Below, one piece after another: positions 10,356-20,434 of a stretch of DNA of 64,000 nt (positions are counted from its first letter, which is position 1; every line of letters starts with the position of its first letter). A program made the translations under genes and the position numbers. The stretch is from an uncultured Gammaproteobacteria bacterium (GTDB lineage Bacteria; Patescibacteriota; Patescibacteriia; Magasanikbacterales; UBA922). A model generated the notes under the pieces. The model ran no database searches. It was not told the origin of the DNA and was given only the letters and a program-made list of their open reading frames with translations. The DNA is taken from positions 594,511 to 658,510 of the forward strand of contig CAZQXB010000001.1 in the NCBI GenBank assembly GCA_964597575.1, written 5' to 3'.

Positions 10356-11344
10356 GGGTAAAATTGAGTAATGCATAGTGATGGGTCAATTTGTGGGGGC
10401 AATGCTGGGGCTATGTGTGCTTCAAGCGTAAGAGATGTTGCTTTATTTCGGTCTAAGCCTCGAGAACAAAGATAGAACAATTTTTCATCAGACAAGCGAG
10501 TTGTTGTCACCGCATGAGAACACTGCACATCGTTTTCACGAATATCTAAATCGGGTACGGTTTGACTTTTCGCGTGAGGGGAAATAAGAAGCGTATGCAT
10601 TTCTTCACGTGCCTTCACTTGGCGGGCATGGGGAAGTATCGTTGTCTGTGCACGACCAATGTGACGCGCGTGCCCATCTAAAAGAACTCGGATATTGGCG
10701 TGCGATACCGTATGTGCGGCTTCATGAATAGTGTGATAAAAGGTGTCAAAAAGTTGACCGCCCTTTCCAAGGATAGCGCTTTTTACGATAGCCTCAGCTC
10801 CTTCCCCTACGAGGCAAGTTATTGTTTCGCTCGTGCATTCGTTTTCAGCTTGAGCTGTATCAAACCATGTTAATTTTGCATTTTTCTCTACCGTTGCAAC
10901 GCGTCGAATAGCCAGATGGCGAGGCGCATATTCTGATGATTCGTGCATGTAGCTTACCGTTGCGCCTTCGCCGATTTTGAGAATTAAAGAAAAAATGAGG
11001 AGGTCTTGCCCATGAGTATGCTCAATAATCGTTACGTTCGCATGAGGGGCAACAGAGAGAGTACACTGTAACACACTTGATTCAGCTAAACCTTCGGCAG
11101 TGAAATGAAACGGTTCCGATTCATTTTTTTTATCCAAAAAATGCGTATATGCACTTGTTGGCTTTATGCCAAAGAAGGGGTGTTTTTCGTCAAGGATAGT
11201 ATAGCCTCCCACTTCCTCCAGCTGCACCCCTTGTGCATCAACAACATCACCAGAACCTGGTGTTCGGTGATACAAATCAAAAGAAGTAAGGTCGTGCACC
11301 ATACCCGGCCCGTAGGAGAGAATTTTTGATCGTTCTTTGGGCAT
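10352..11344 (-). CDS. sufD: SufD-family Fe-S assembly protein
   Basis: C-terminal beta-helix motifs TLLISPHAKSQTVPDLDIRENDVQCSHA, LFYLCSRGL. Confidence 0.85.
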   Translation of the reverse strand: MPKERSKILSYGPGMVHDLTSFDLYHRTPGSGDVVDAQGVQLEEVGGYTILDEKHPFFGIKPTSAYTHFLDKKNESEPFHFTAEGLAESSVLQCTLSVAPHANVTIIEHTHGQDLLIFSLILKIGEGATVSYMHESSEYAPRHLAIRRVATVEKNAKLTWFDTAQAENECTSETITCLVGEGAEAIVKSAILGKGGQLFDTFYHTIHEAAHTVSHANIRVLLDGHARHIGRAQTTILPHARQVKAREEMHTLLISPHAKSQTVPDLDIRENDVQCSHAVTTTRLSDEKLFYLCSRGLDRNKATSLTLEAHIAPALPPQIDPSLCITQFYP

Positions 11345-11412
11345 AAATTATCTTGTAACATTGTAGCTTATTTTAGGTAAAATTTCAAGTTAAATTCTCA
11401 ATAGAGATGATA

Positions 11413-11446
11413 ATTAAAGAAGCCCTTTTTAGAGGGCTCCTTTAAT
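11413..11446. terminator. putative terminator hairpin after the large secreted-protein gene
   Basis: ATTAAAGaAGCCCT-tttt-aGAGGGCTcCTTTAAT imperfect inverted repeat. Confidence 0.55.
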
Positions 11447-11463
11447 GGGGTTAGTGCCTCTGG

Positions 11464-14400
11464 TTAAATACCGGTGTACGGAACAGAAGCCGAATATGCG
11501 GAACACGAATTTGTGGCTTGGTTGTAGGCGCAAAGACGAAGATAAATGGTACCGGTGGGAAAATTAAGCTCACCGCGATTAATGTAGACTTCGTTGTTTC
11601 CAGCAGCGCGCGCATAGGCTATTACACCTGACCCATACAGAGTAGGGTTGTTTTGCAGAGAGAAGAGAACTCGAAATTCTTGGTTTCCTGTCCAGTATGC
11701 GTATGCAGATGAGTTGAGAACTGTTAACGCATAGCTGTCCCCACTGCTTACCGGAGGGGTTGTTGGATTGGGTGCTGGCGAAGGGCTTGGAGTTGGTCCT
11801 GGTGTAGGAGATGGTGGGGGTGGCGGAATGGGTGCTGGAGAGCCTCCGCGACCAACCCACGAACCTCCGAATTCACAGCCTGTCCACCAGCACGGTGTAC
11901 CAAGAGCAAAATTTTCAAGAGCCGTAAATTTCGGAGCTTCGCTGTGTGATTGATTTTGCGAAAGGAGTGCTCCGAAATTTCCGTACCGAGTTTGAGGGGT
12001 GACGTCAACGAAATGAACAAATGTTTTTCCACCACGCTCTCTCCAGCCATTCAGGTATTGGGTGTAGAGGGCTCCCATTCGTGGATCGTTGTTTGCATCT
12101 CGAAAAAGAGCTTCGACCGTTGCATTATTTTCGTTTGCTCCATACGCAATAAGATGCTGCCCACCTTCGTATGCAATGAGATCGATTCCTGGGTACGATT
12201 GTCGAAGAAATGTATTATCATCGCTCATTTCCTGAAAGGCCTGAGGTAAATCTATCGACTGCAATTGATCGAAGATTTGATTGAGTGTCATGCTTTGTGT
12301 GGCCGATGAACCACTTAGTCTGTTTCCAAAGTATGGTGCTGTGGCAACCGCATCAATATTCTGATACGCGTTTCTCCAGGAGAGCAGGTTGCCTGTTCTC
12401 CAGGTGTTTCCCGTAAACGAGCCCATCACTCGCACTACGCGACCGTTTACACCAAATACGTCACGGAAAATTTGTCCAACTTGAACCGATCGTTCACTAA
12501 ATTGCCGCATTTCACCCATACCACAAGCTTGGATGTACCGGAGTGGCCACGGATGACCCTCACAATAGACACCGTTTCCTGGGTTTGCATCCTGATCACA
12601 CTCCGCTTGAAGATCAGGATTATTCTGACACCCTCGTGCCGCTAAAATTTGCTGCTGGAGGATGTATGGGTACGCACCATTCCACGATTCGTTCGAATAC
12701 TCAACAAAGATGCGACTGTTTGAGTTAATGGCACCGCGAATACGGGAAGCAATATCCCGCACAAGGGCGTCCGATGCATTTACCGGAATGTTAATCCACA
12801 AATCAGCCTGAAGGGTATTTGAGAACTCAGCAAGAATTTCTGGTGGGGTCCGAACCCAGTGAGCATCAGTGACGCGTGTAAGGTCACTCACGTTTACCAC
12901 ATTTTCAATACCTGCTTCATTTATCCCCCATTCTTGCATAAAACGCACAACGCTTGTTGAGCGATTATTACGAAGGTATGTCGGGTGAAACAGTTGTGGG
13001 TTTGGGGTGTCCGCAAAAATACGGCACGTATTTGATCCTCCGCACTGGCTGTTTGTTGTGCAGTACTGTGTTTGATCATTTGAGCACGATCCGCCTGGAG
13101 GGTATACGCGAATGTTTCTAATATAGTTATTTGGGTTCGTTGAACTAATTTCTAGCATGACAGTCGTTTCAAAGGCGGAGCGAGTTACATCGATCACATC
13201 ACGCCCTGGCCTCGACAAATCAGCATTTCGTGTACCTCCGGAATATACTATGACCCCTTCACCGTCATAGAGAACGGTATATCTACCTGTCGGATAAAAA
13301 GTTGAAGGGTTTGTTGAGCCTGCAACATTCGTTACGAGTGCGGTACGGATAATATTTGTTCCCGGAACATTATTTGGAACAGATCGTACCCATCCGTTAC
13401 TATCAAGATTGACTGCCGGACCACAGTTCCAGCATGCCTCGACAGTTCCGTTTCCTATAATACCAGAAGCCCATGGTCGTGATGATTTAAACAAATCTAC
13501 AAAAACCCAGTTCGCCCCGAAGTCAATAAGGGAATGAGTATTTGTTCCGATCGCGGATCGATAATTCGCCAAACTTCCAGATGGTGGAGGGCTCACTGGT
13601 GCTGGTGGAGGTACTGGAGCTGGAGGTGGCGGAGGTGTCGTTGGAGGAGTAGCAGGGGGTGCTGGTGGAGCAACAGGAGGTGTCGCCGGTGGGGGTGGTG
13701 GCGGTGTTCCGGGTGGAGCTGGAGGTGGCGGAGGTGTCGTTGGAGGAGTAGCAGGGGGTGCTGGTGGAGCAACAGGAGGTGTCGCCGGTGGGGTCGTTCC
13801 CCCTGCTGCGTTTACGGTAATTGAGGTCGGTCCTGAAGTCGTCTCTTGGCCGGAATTATCCCGAGCCCGGACAGATAGCGAGTGAGCTCCACGCGTTGGA
13901 TTCACCCAATTAAATACAAACGGCGAAATGGTGTCACGACGCAAAAGATTGGTGCCATCAAAAAACTCGACGTACGATATAGACCCGTTTGCATCGCTGG
14001 CTGTCGCCTCAAGCCGAACTGTTGTCGGTAGTGTAAAAACAGAATTTGCAATAGGGCTTGTAAGTGAAACTCTCGGTGCACCAGGGGTGGGTAACGGAAC
14101 AGGGGCGGGCGGAGGAAGAGGGACCGTCGATCCTGGAGATGGTGCGGGTGGAGTTGGAGGGGTAATCGGGCGAGAACTTGTTGCGTCCGCAAATACCCGT
14201 GCCAACGGAATTGTCGCTACATGATCAAGGCGAAATTGGTAAACGTTAGTCACCTCCTCGGCCGAGGTAATATACCGCTTTGCTAAAGATGAAGCAGTTT
14301 GACCGCTCGTAGAAACGGATTCTAAAGCGTACACTTTGGGATCGTTTTGATATTTAAAAAGAAGATTTGATGGGAGCGTATCAACCGTTGTAATGGCGGG

Positions 14401-14889
14401 CAACACCGTATATTTTTGAAGCACGACCGGGGTAACATCCTCAATTTGATCAAAAGAAAAGCCTAAAACATTCAGAAATGTATTTTCAGATTCAATAGGA
14501 TGTATTGAAGAGTTACCAAGAACTATGTAGACCTTTGGGTCTGTCACGGTTTTAAGTAAGGATCCGTTTGGATATACTCTTCGATGACCCCAAGGAAGAA
14601 AGGATAACTCGTGATTAGGTATGCGAGCGAGTGTTTGAGCATTTGTTATCCGAACGTCACTCCATGATGCAAAATGAGAAAAATAAACCTGCGAACTTTT
14701 AATTGGGCGTTTTTTACAGTCTTCTGAGATGTAATAGACTGCTGGGTTGTTAGGAATTTTATATGGTTGCAAAATGGTCAGCGGGCAATTTGTTGAGGTT
14801 TGGGATATTGCCGGGGCAACAAATACCACTCCGAGAGATGCAAATAGGGCCAAACCCAAAGAGAGAAGATGAGAACGACGCATAGACAA
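11464..14889 (-). CDS. large secreted multidomain protein: signal peptide, repeated xPxVY modules, bacterial Ig-like domain, Pro-rich linkers, putative clan GH-A glycoside-hydrolase-like domain
   Basis: Signal peptide; NPAVYYI/DPKVYIV/DPKVYAL repeats; Ig motif PRVSLTSP...ATASDANGSISYVEFF...HSLSVRARDNSG; catalytic-like motifs VEYSNESWN and LIAYEGGQHL. Confidence 0.75.
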   Translation of the reverse strand: MSMRRSHLLSLGLALFASLGVVFVAPAISQTSTNCPLTILQPYKIPNNPAVYYISEDCKKRPIKSSQVYFSHFASWSDVRITNAQTLARIPNHELSFLPWGHRRVYPNGSLLKTVTDPKVYIVLGNSSIHPIESENTFLNVLGFSFDQIEDVTPVVLQKYTVLPAITTVDTLPSNLLFKYQNDPKVYALESVSTSGQTASSLAKRYITSAEEVTNVYQFRLDHVATIPLARVFADATSSRPITPPTPPAPSPGSTVPLPPPAPVPLPTPGAPRVSLTSPIANSVFTLPTTVRLEATASDANGSISYVEFFDGTNLLRRDTISPFVFNWVNPTRGAHSLSVRARDNSGQETTSGPTSITVNAAGGTTPPATPPVAPPAPPATPPTTPPPPPAPPGTPPPPPPATPPVAPPAPPATPPTTPPPPPAPVPPPAPVSPPPSGSLANYRSAIGTNTHSLIDFGANWVFVDLFKSSRPWASGIIGNGTVEACWNCGPAVNLDSNGWVRSVPNNVPGTNIIRTALVTNVAGSTNPSTFYPTGRYTVLYDGEGVIVYSGGTRNADLSRPGRDVIDVTRSAFETTVMLEISSTNPNNYIRNIRVYPPGGSCSNDQTQYCTTNSQCGGSNTCRIFADTPNPQLFHPTYLRNNRSTSVVRFMQEWGINEAGIENVVNVSDLTRVTDAHWVRTPPEILAEFSNTLQADLWINIPVNASDALVRDIASRIRGAINSNSRIFVEYSNESWNGAYPYILQQQILAARGCQNNPDLQAECDQDANPGNGVYCEGHPWPLRYIQACGMGEMRQFSERSVQVGQIFRDVFGVNGRVVRVMGSFTGNTWRTGNLLSWRNAYQNIDAVATAPYFGNRLSGSSATQSMTLNQIFDQLQSIDLPQAFQEMSDDNTFLRQSYPGIDLIAYEGGQHLIAYGANENNATVEALFRDANNDPRMGALYTQYLNGWRERGGKTFVHFVDVTPQTRYGNFGALLSQNQSHSEAPKFTALENFALGTPCWWTGCEFGGSWVGRGGSPAPIPPPPPSPTPGPTPSPSPAPNPTTPPVSSGDSYALTVLNSSAYAYWTGNQEFRVLFSLQNNPTLYGSGVIAYARAAGNNEVYINRGELNFPTGTIYLRLCAYNQATNSCSAYSASVPYTGI
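13615..13793. repeat. 80-bp exact direct repeat (period 99 bp) encoding the Pro/Thr/Ala linker
   Basis: Identical copies at 13615-13694 and 13714-13793. Confidence 0.9.
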
Positions 14890-14967
14890 AAAAAGATAAT
14901 GCCCCTATGACAAAGGGTACCAAATTAAAGAACTATTCGCAATTTTTTATCCTCTTTGTCGCCTTCT

Positions 14968-16374
14968 CTACCCCACCGCTCCTTCCATCTCAAGTTCAAT
15001 AAGTTTGTTTAATTCAAGTGCATACTCGAGAGGGAGCGCCTTTACAATAGGTTCGATGAATCCTGCAACCACCATTTGCATGGCTCGCTCGGCGGTAAGC
15101 CCTCTGCTTTGCAAATAGAAAATCTCCTCTTCCCCAATTTTTCCCACCTTAGCCTCATGAGCAATATCAACATCACTTTGTTCGATATTCATAACAGGAT
15201 GAGTTGTTGAAATTGAAACCTCATCAAGAAGGAGCGCATCGCAAGCGACCGAAACAGTAGAGTCTGGTGCCTTCGCAGTTACCTTAACGAGCCCTCGGTA
15301 ACTTGAAATCCCTCCGCCAAGAGAAATAGATTTGGATTGAATCGTAGATTTTGTTCTCGGTGCAGCGTGAATTACTTTAGCTCCAGTATCTTGATGCTGA
15401 CCTGGTCCAGCAAAGACGACCCCCAAAGAGTCGGATGTTGCTCCTTCGCCACGCAAAATCGAGGCTGGATACAGCATGGTCACTCCAGAACCCATATTTC
15501 CATTAATCCACTCGACCACACCATTTTTATCAACTAACGCCCGCTTTGTATTTAAGTTGTAGGTATTTTTACTCCAATTTTCAATAGAGAAGTACCCGGC
15601 ACGAGCATTTTCATGCACAAATATTTCGACACACCCGGCATGCAAAGAACTTTTTGCATATCGTGGCGCACTGCAGCCTTCTATGTACTGCACCTCAGCC
15701 CCTTCATCGACAATAATAAGCGTATGTTCAAACTGACCACCCCGTTCTGCATTCATACGAAAGTACGCCTGAAGCGGCAGGTCAACCTTCACACCTTTGG
15801 GGACATAGATGAACGTCCCCCCACTCCATACCGCTGCATGGAGCATAACAAATTTGTGATCATTAATAGGAACGCACTGTGTCATGAAGTATTTCTGAAC
15901 CATCTCAGGATATTTTTGGACCGCTGTATCCATGTTTTCAAAAATAACCCCTTTATCAGCTAAGTTTTTTTGAATACTATGGTAGACAATATCACTGTCA
16001 TACTGAGCCCCTACCCCACCAAGCATAGTCTTTTCGGCTTCAGGAATACCGAGTCGGTCAAATGTTTTCTTGATATCTTCTGGTACCTCATCCCAATTTG
16101 CAGCCTCCTTTGTGTCTGGTCGAACAAAGTACACAATCTCATCGAGATGAAGCCCAGAAAGATCAGGGCCCCAAGTTGGCAGAGGTGCTTTCAGATACAG
16201 TGCAAGCGCAGCGAGCCGTTTTTCAAGCATCCAGGCTGGTTCATTTTTCTGAGCAGAAATTTCGCGTACGACTTCCTCGGTAATTCCAGGCTTGGCAATA
16301 TATTTTGAACGATCAACATTAGCCTCTTCGTAGAGAGACCGGCTCGGAGGTTGAATTGCCGGTCGGTTTGACAT
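14968..16374 (-). CDS. sufB: Fe-S cluster assembly protein SufB
   Basis: GGVGAQYDS, PLQAYFRMN, GQFEHTLII, YIEGCSAP, QHQDTGAK, FYLQSRG, EMEGAVG. Confidence 0.96.
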   Translation of the reverse strand: MSNRPAIQPPSRSLYEEANVDRSKYIAKPGITEEVVREISAQKNEPAWMLEKRLAALALYLKAPLPTWGPDLSGLHLDEIVYFVRPDTKEAANWDEVPEDIKKTFDRLGIPEAEKTMLGGVGAQYDSDIVYHSIQKNLADKGVIFENMDTAVQKYPEMVQKYFMTQCVPINDHKFVMLHAAVWSGGTFIYVPKGVKVDLPLQAYFRMNAERGGQFEHTLIIVDEGAEVQYIEGCSAPRYAKSSLHAGCVEIFVHENARAGYFSIENWSKNTYNLNTKRALVDKNGVVEWINGNMGSGVTMLYPASILRGEGATSDSLGVVFAGPGQHQDTGAKVIHAAPRTKSTIQSKSISLGGGISSYRGLVKVTAKAPDSTVSVACDALLLDEVSISTTHPVMNIEQSDVDIAHEAKVGKIGEEEIFYLQSRGLTAERAMQMVVAGFIEPIVKALPLEYALELNKLIELEMEGAVG

Positions 16375-16496
16375 AATGAACCATTTAAATAGAAATACGC
16401 ATCGCTTCTTTAGAAGCCTCCAATGCCTGGCTGTGGATTTGATAAAAGAGTGTTCGGGGCTTGGGAAAGTGCGTCGATAAAATCAGGTATGTCCGT

Positions 16497-17399
16497 TTAC
16501 GGGAAGACAGAACGAATATATTCAATCGACTTGAACGGCTCTTCTGTATTTGTGATTTCATGCTGGCATGCATCAATAATTTCTATTTGTCCGTTGGTAA
16601 GCTTAAAGGTGAAAACAACTTTTCCACTTTGCTGAGAACAACCGTATGTCGGCGAAAGTAGACCAACATTTGGTGCGCTACGCTGACGAATTGAGGCATA
16701 ACTGGTCTGATTTACCTCACGGGAAATGACAGACATTTTCTCTGGACTTAACGTCGTTTTTAATTGCCCGTTTACATAATATTTTCCATTTGAGGTGAAT
16801 CGAAATTCACAGGGGTTTGACGAGCAATATAAATTACTTGAGTTTGAAGCTGTGTGATGTTTAAAATAAACCACATCATATTCAGGTACCACAATCAAGT
16901 TATTTGTCGGCCCTGGCTGCTGCACAATCGGTTGTGTCGTCGGTCCTGATTGTGGGGAAACAGTAATGCTTCCACTGCCACTTGTTCCACCACTCGACTG
17001 AGAACCAGGTGCAATTGTTGGTTGAGGCTGATTCGTAACAGGTTGAGCCGGAGAAAGGCCACTCGGTTGAGGGCGTACTATGGTCGGCGTTGGCTGATTC
17101 GTAACAGGTTGAGCCGGAGAAAGGCCACTTCCCCTAGCTGGGGTTGGTGAAGCCGCTGGCGGAGTAACGCTTACGGGTGTTGGATTTGTTGGAGGTACTG
17201 GGGCTCTCGGGGTTGGAGAAGCCGGCTCAGGAACTGGCGTAGGAGAGACCTCAACAGCATCAGGGGTTTTAGCAACTTTTTCTTCGGTTGTTTTTTCACC
17301 TTTACTAGCACTAAACCAAACCACGAACAAAAGAATGAAAAGAACGACAACGAAAGCTCCTCTTTTTTGATTTTGAGTAAGTGAGTCTAGCTTGGCCAT
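16497..17399 (-). CDS. hypothetical membrane-anchored protein with Pro/Thr/Ser-rich stalk and Cys-containing C-terminal domain
   Basis: N-terminal TM; low-complexity P/T/S region; duplicated SGLSPAQPVTNQP. Confidence 0.75.
   Translation of the reverse strand: MAKLDSLTQNQKRGAFVVVLFILLFVVWFSASKGEKTTEEKVAKTPDAVEVSPTPVPEPASPTPRAPVPPTNPTPVSVTPPAASPTPARGSGLSPAQPVTNQPTPTIVRPQPSGLSPAQPVTNQPQPTIAPGSQSSGGTSGSGSITVSPQSGPTTQPIVQQPGPTNNLIVVPEYDVVYFKHHTASNSSNLYCSSNPCEFRFTSNGKYYVNGQLKTTLSPEKMSVISREVNQTSYASIRQRSAPNVGLLSPTYGCSQQSGKVVFTFKLTNGQIEIIDACQHEITNTEEPFKSIEYIRSVFP
17026..17129. repeat. 38-bp exact direct repeat (period 66 bp) within the stalk
   Basis: GGCTGATTCGTAACAGGTTGAGCCGGAGAAAGGCCACT at 17026-17063 and 17092-17129. 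Confidence 0.9.
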
Positions 17400-17425
17400 A
17401 CAAATAGAATAAAAATAATGTAAAT

Positions 17426-18628
17426 TTAGGAAACGGAACCCATTTTTCGAACGGCAGAAACAACCTCATCAATTACTTTTTTTACATAGGCCATGTCGTC
17501 ACGGGTCGTTTCTTGTCCTAAAGAAAATCGGATACTCTGTCCCGCCTCTTCCTTACTCATTCCCGCGGCCAAGAGTACATGCGACGCTTCATCTTTATCT
17601 GTGGCACAGGCAGACCCACTGGCGACCGCGATCCCCTTAGCATCCAAGTAGACAATAAGTGCCTCAGCTTCAGCTCCAAAAAATGTAACGTGTAAGAAGT
17701 GCGGCAACTGCATCTTTGTATCCTTTGGCTTATTGATTCGAATATGCGAAATCTTCTTTGTGAGAAACTTTTCCAAGTCATCACGGAGGTGCTCAACTCT
17801 CGCAGATTCCTTGTTCAGATTTTTCCTCACCCGCTGAAGGGCCTGACTGAACCCGATGAGGTTGGGAACATTTTCCGTTCCGCTTCTGAGACCAAATTCT
17901 TGCCCTCCTCCAGGAATAAGAGGATAGAGCGGAACACCCCGACGCTTATATAATACACCAATTCCCTTTGGTCCATATATTTTTGAACCATTCAGCGTTA
18001 ATAAGTCAACATGAAGTCGTTCCACCGAAAGGTCGAGGAACTGTCCGGCTTGGCATGCATCGGTATGGAAAATAGGATACATTCCAGATGTACTTTTGCG
18101 CAAACGAAGGATGCCTCGTCCAATGTCAGAAATAGGTTGGATAGTGCCGAGCTCGTTATTCGCATACATAACAGACACAAGCACGGTTTGAGGTGAAATC
18201 GCTTCAAGCACGTCCACACTTCGGACAATACCCTCATTTGTTACAGGCACAATAGTTACGTCGGCCCCTTCTTTTTCCGCCAAACGAACTGCTTCCAAAA
18301 CGGCATGATGCTCAATCGCGGTTGTCACTATATGTGGTTTCTTTACGCCATTTTTCTTAGCCTCACGCACAACCCCCAAAATTGCCATAACACAGGATTC
18401 CGTGCCACCACTCGTAAAGAGGACCGTGTCCGGTTGTGCCTCGAGGATCGTTGCTACCAGAGCCCGTGCTTCATCAATTTTTTCACGAACAAAAGTAGCC
18501 TCTTTATAAAGAGCCGAAGGGTTCGCCTGATGAATAGTAAAAAACGAACGCATCGACAATAAAACCCCAGGGTCGATCGGGGTTGCTGCCGCGTGATCAA
18601 GGTTTATGGAAGGAGTTTTTCTCTTCAT
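17426..18628 (-). CDS. iscS: cysteine desulfurase, IscS/NifS type
   Basis: LDHAAATP, FTSGGTES, EHHAVL, NNELGTIQP, HTDACQ, SKIYGPKGIG, SGSACA. Confidence 0.88.
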   Translation of the reverse strand: MKRKTPSINLDHAAATPIDPGVLLSMRSFFTIHQANPSALYKEATFVREKIDEARALVATILEAQPDTVLFTSGGTESCVMAILGVVREAKKNGVKKPHIVTTAIEHHAVLEAVRLAEKEGADVTIVPVTNEGIVRSVDVLEAISPQTVLVSVMYANNELGTIQPISDIGRGILRLRKSTSGMYPIFHTDACQAGQFLDLSVERLHVDLLTLNGSKIYGPKGIGVLYKRRGVPLYPLIPGGGQEFGLRSGTENVPNLIGFSQALQRVRKNLNKESARVEHLRDDLEKFLTKKISHIRINKPKDTKMQLPHFLHVTFFGAEAEALIVYLDAKGIAVASGSACATDKDEASHVLLAAGMSKEEAGQSIRFSLGQETTRDDMAYVKKVIDEVVSAVRKMGSVS

Positions 18629-18710
18629 AGAAATTTGGCTCTATGTTGCGTTTTTTATCCCTCTATAGTAGACTATATCTTATCAAGAAAATGCCATTTT
18701 GTCAACCGCT

Positions 18711-19403
18711 ATGCCTGCCCTCCCTCTTTATACAACAGTAGTGACCGAGCATCGTTTTCTGAACTCCACTGTCATGGAAATCCGCCTGGCTACTCCAGCA
18801 GGCTTTTCCTATACGCCAGGACAGTTTATTCAGGTCGTTATTCCAGGAACTGATGGAAAAGTAACTCGCTCTTACTCCCTTGCGAGCACTCCAAACGATC
18901 CCTATCTTGAACTCTGCATGAAAGTGGTTCCCGGAGGAACCACCGATACCTATTTTCAGCATTTGCGTGTCGGAGATACCGTTACGATTCGAGGTCCCTT
19001 AGGGCAATTTACGAACACTTCTGATAAAGCACTTGGCCTCGTTGCAACAGGAGCCGGTCTTGCTCCTATTATGGGTATTCTTCGGAATGAACTTATGGTA
19101 AAACAAAACACCAAACCCATTCATGTATGGTTCGGTGTTCGTAGTGAAGAAGACTTATTTTGGGTAGAGCGACTCGAAACACTTGCCCGAGATTTTTCCC
19201 ATTTTACCTACACACTCACTCTCTCCCAACCGGGCTCAGCGTGGAACGGCAATCGCGGGCGCGTAACAGAGCATATCCCTCTTCAATTCCTACCCAATGC
19301 TATTTGGTTTCTCTGCGGAAGTAAGCCAATGGTACAGGAAGTACGAGAGATGCTTTTTACAAAAGGTGTACCACCACAAGAAGTTCGTATAGAAATTTTT
19401 TAA
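18711..19403 (+). CDS. FAD-binding oxidoreductase (ferredoxin-NAD(P)+ reductase family)
   Basis: PGQF, RSYSLAS, GPLGQF, ATGAGLAP, FLCG, EIF C-terminus. Confidence 0.88.
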   Translation: MPALPLYTTVVTEHRFLNSTVMEIRLATPAGFSYTPGQFIQVVIPGTDGKVTRSYSLASTPNDPYLELCMKVVPGGTTDTYFQHLRVGDTVTIRGPLGQFTNTSDKALGLVATGAGLAPIMGILRNELMVKQNTKPIHVWFGVRSEEDLFWVERLETLARDFSHFTYTLTLSQPGSAWNGNRGRVTEHIPLQFLPNAIWFLCGSKPMVQEVREMLFTKGVPPQEVRIEIF

Positions 19404-19411
19404 TCCTAATT

Positions 19412-20011
19412 CTAAAAGGGAAGAGTAAGATTGAGACTACTTCCACCCTGCGCACCACCTTGGTGAGCAACCTGCACTTGTGGAGAAAAATCAAAGTTTA
19501 CTGCGAGCGGACGGAGTTCTCCGGTGAGTGTTGTGTAGTAGAGCATTTTATTTTTTCGACCGTACTCGTAGAGCTCCTTCGTAACCTTCACATCTTGCTC
19601 ACAGTACTTTTTAATTTCATCCAGCTTTCCTTCAGCGAACCACTGCATAGCTTGAAGCCCATCAGCGCTTTTTTCAATTTGAAGCGTGGCCTTGGCCAAA
19701 TCATTAAGCTTGTATCGTGAACCATTCATTTCTTTAATCACTTTCAGCATGTCGAGGTGCGGAAAGCGTGTGAGATCACCAGCGTAGTATTTATTGAGTA
19801 CCGGAATATCAAAATGTTCGCTGTTAAAACCAATCAACCGTTCCGCACGTTCAAAAATCGGCCAAAGTTCTTTTAATTCATGCTCCTCGAATGATTGGTA
19901 GGTGTCTGTTTCATATTGATAAATGGAAACAACCGTCATTTTGAGAGAATCAAACTGTTTAATATCCCCAATTGTTTCAATATCAAAAACGACTTCGCGA
20001 CTTGGATTCAT
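19412..20011 (-). CDS. RNase H-like (YprB/DEDD-type) exonuclease-domain protein
   Basis: VFDIET, IGFNSEHFDIPVL, KLNDLAKATL, YCEQDV. Confidence 0.82.
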   Translation of the reverse strand: MNPSREVVFDIETIGDIKQFDSLKMTVVSIYQYETDTYQSFEEHELKELWPIFERAERLIGFNSEHFDIPVLNKYYAGDLTRFPHLDMLKVIKEMNGSRYKLNDLAKATLQIEKSADGLQAMQWFAEGKLDEIKKYCEQDVKVTKELYEYGRKNKMLYYTTLTGELRPLAVNFDFSPQVQVAHQGGAQGGSSLNLTLPF

Positions 20012-20018
20012 AGAAGTA

Positions 20019-20372
20019 TTATTGGACTTTCTTGAAATTGACTTTAAACACGGGCTGGTAGGTATTTTCGTACTCATCTTTCACCTCCACCGTCTCCCCT
20101 TTCATGAGTTGGGTCATCGCCATATCGGTCAGTACCTCAGTATCACTCGCCATGTCAATTTTTAAATCATCAAGCTTCGTCAGTTCATTCGCAAAATTTT
20201 CCTTTACCGTTTGTTCAATTTGTTTTTTCTTTTCTCGAAGAGTGGTGAGTTTTTCCGTTACCTCCTGATACTCAAGTGAAGTCTCAAGAGCATCTTTGTA
20301 GGCGGCACGCAAATCTTTTTGTTTCTTTTTATTCTCTTGGAGACGAGCAAAAATTTCTTGAACAGATTGCAT
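20019..20372 (-). CDS. hypothetical coiled-coil protein
   Basis: Lys/Glu-rich heptad pattern; co-oriented and closely spaced with neighbours. Confidence 0.75.
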   Translation of the reverse strand: MQSVQEIFARLQENKKKQKDLRAAYKDALETSLEYQEVTEKLTTLREKKKQIEQTVKENFANELTKLDDLKIDMASDTEVLTDMAMTQLMKGETVEVKDEYENTYQPVFKVNFKKVQ

Positions 20373-20434
20373 AGAAATGAAAATGAATGTGAAAAGTATA
20401 CCATGGCCTCAAACAGCGGACAAGCATCATTTTA

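Noticed and set aside
13615-13793. CRISPR-like repeat array
   Set aside because: Only two copies, in frame within a Pro-rich coding linker; no cas genes. No CRISPR array was seen in the window.
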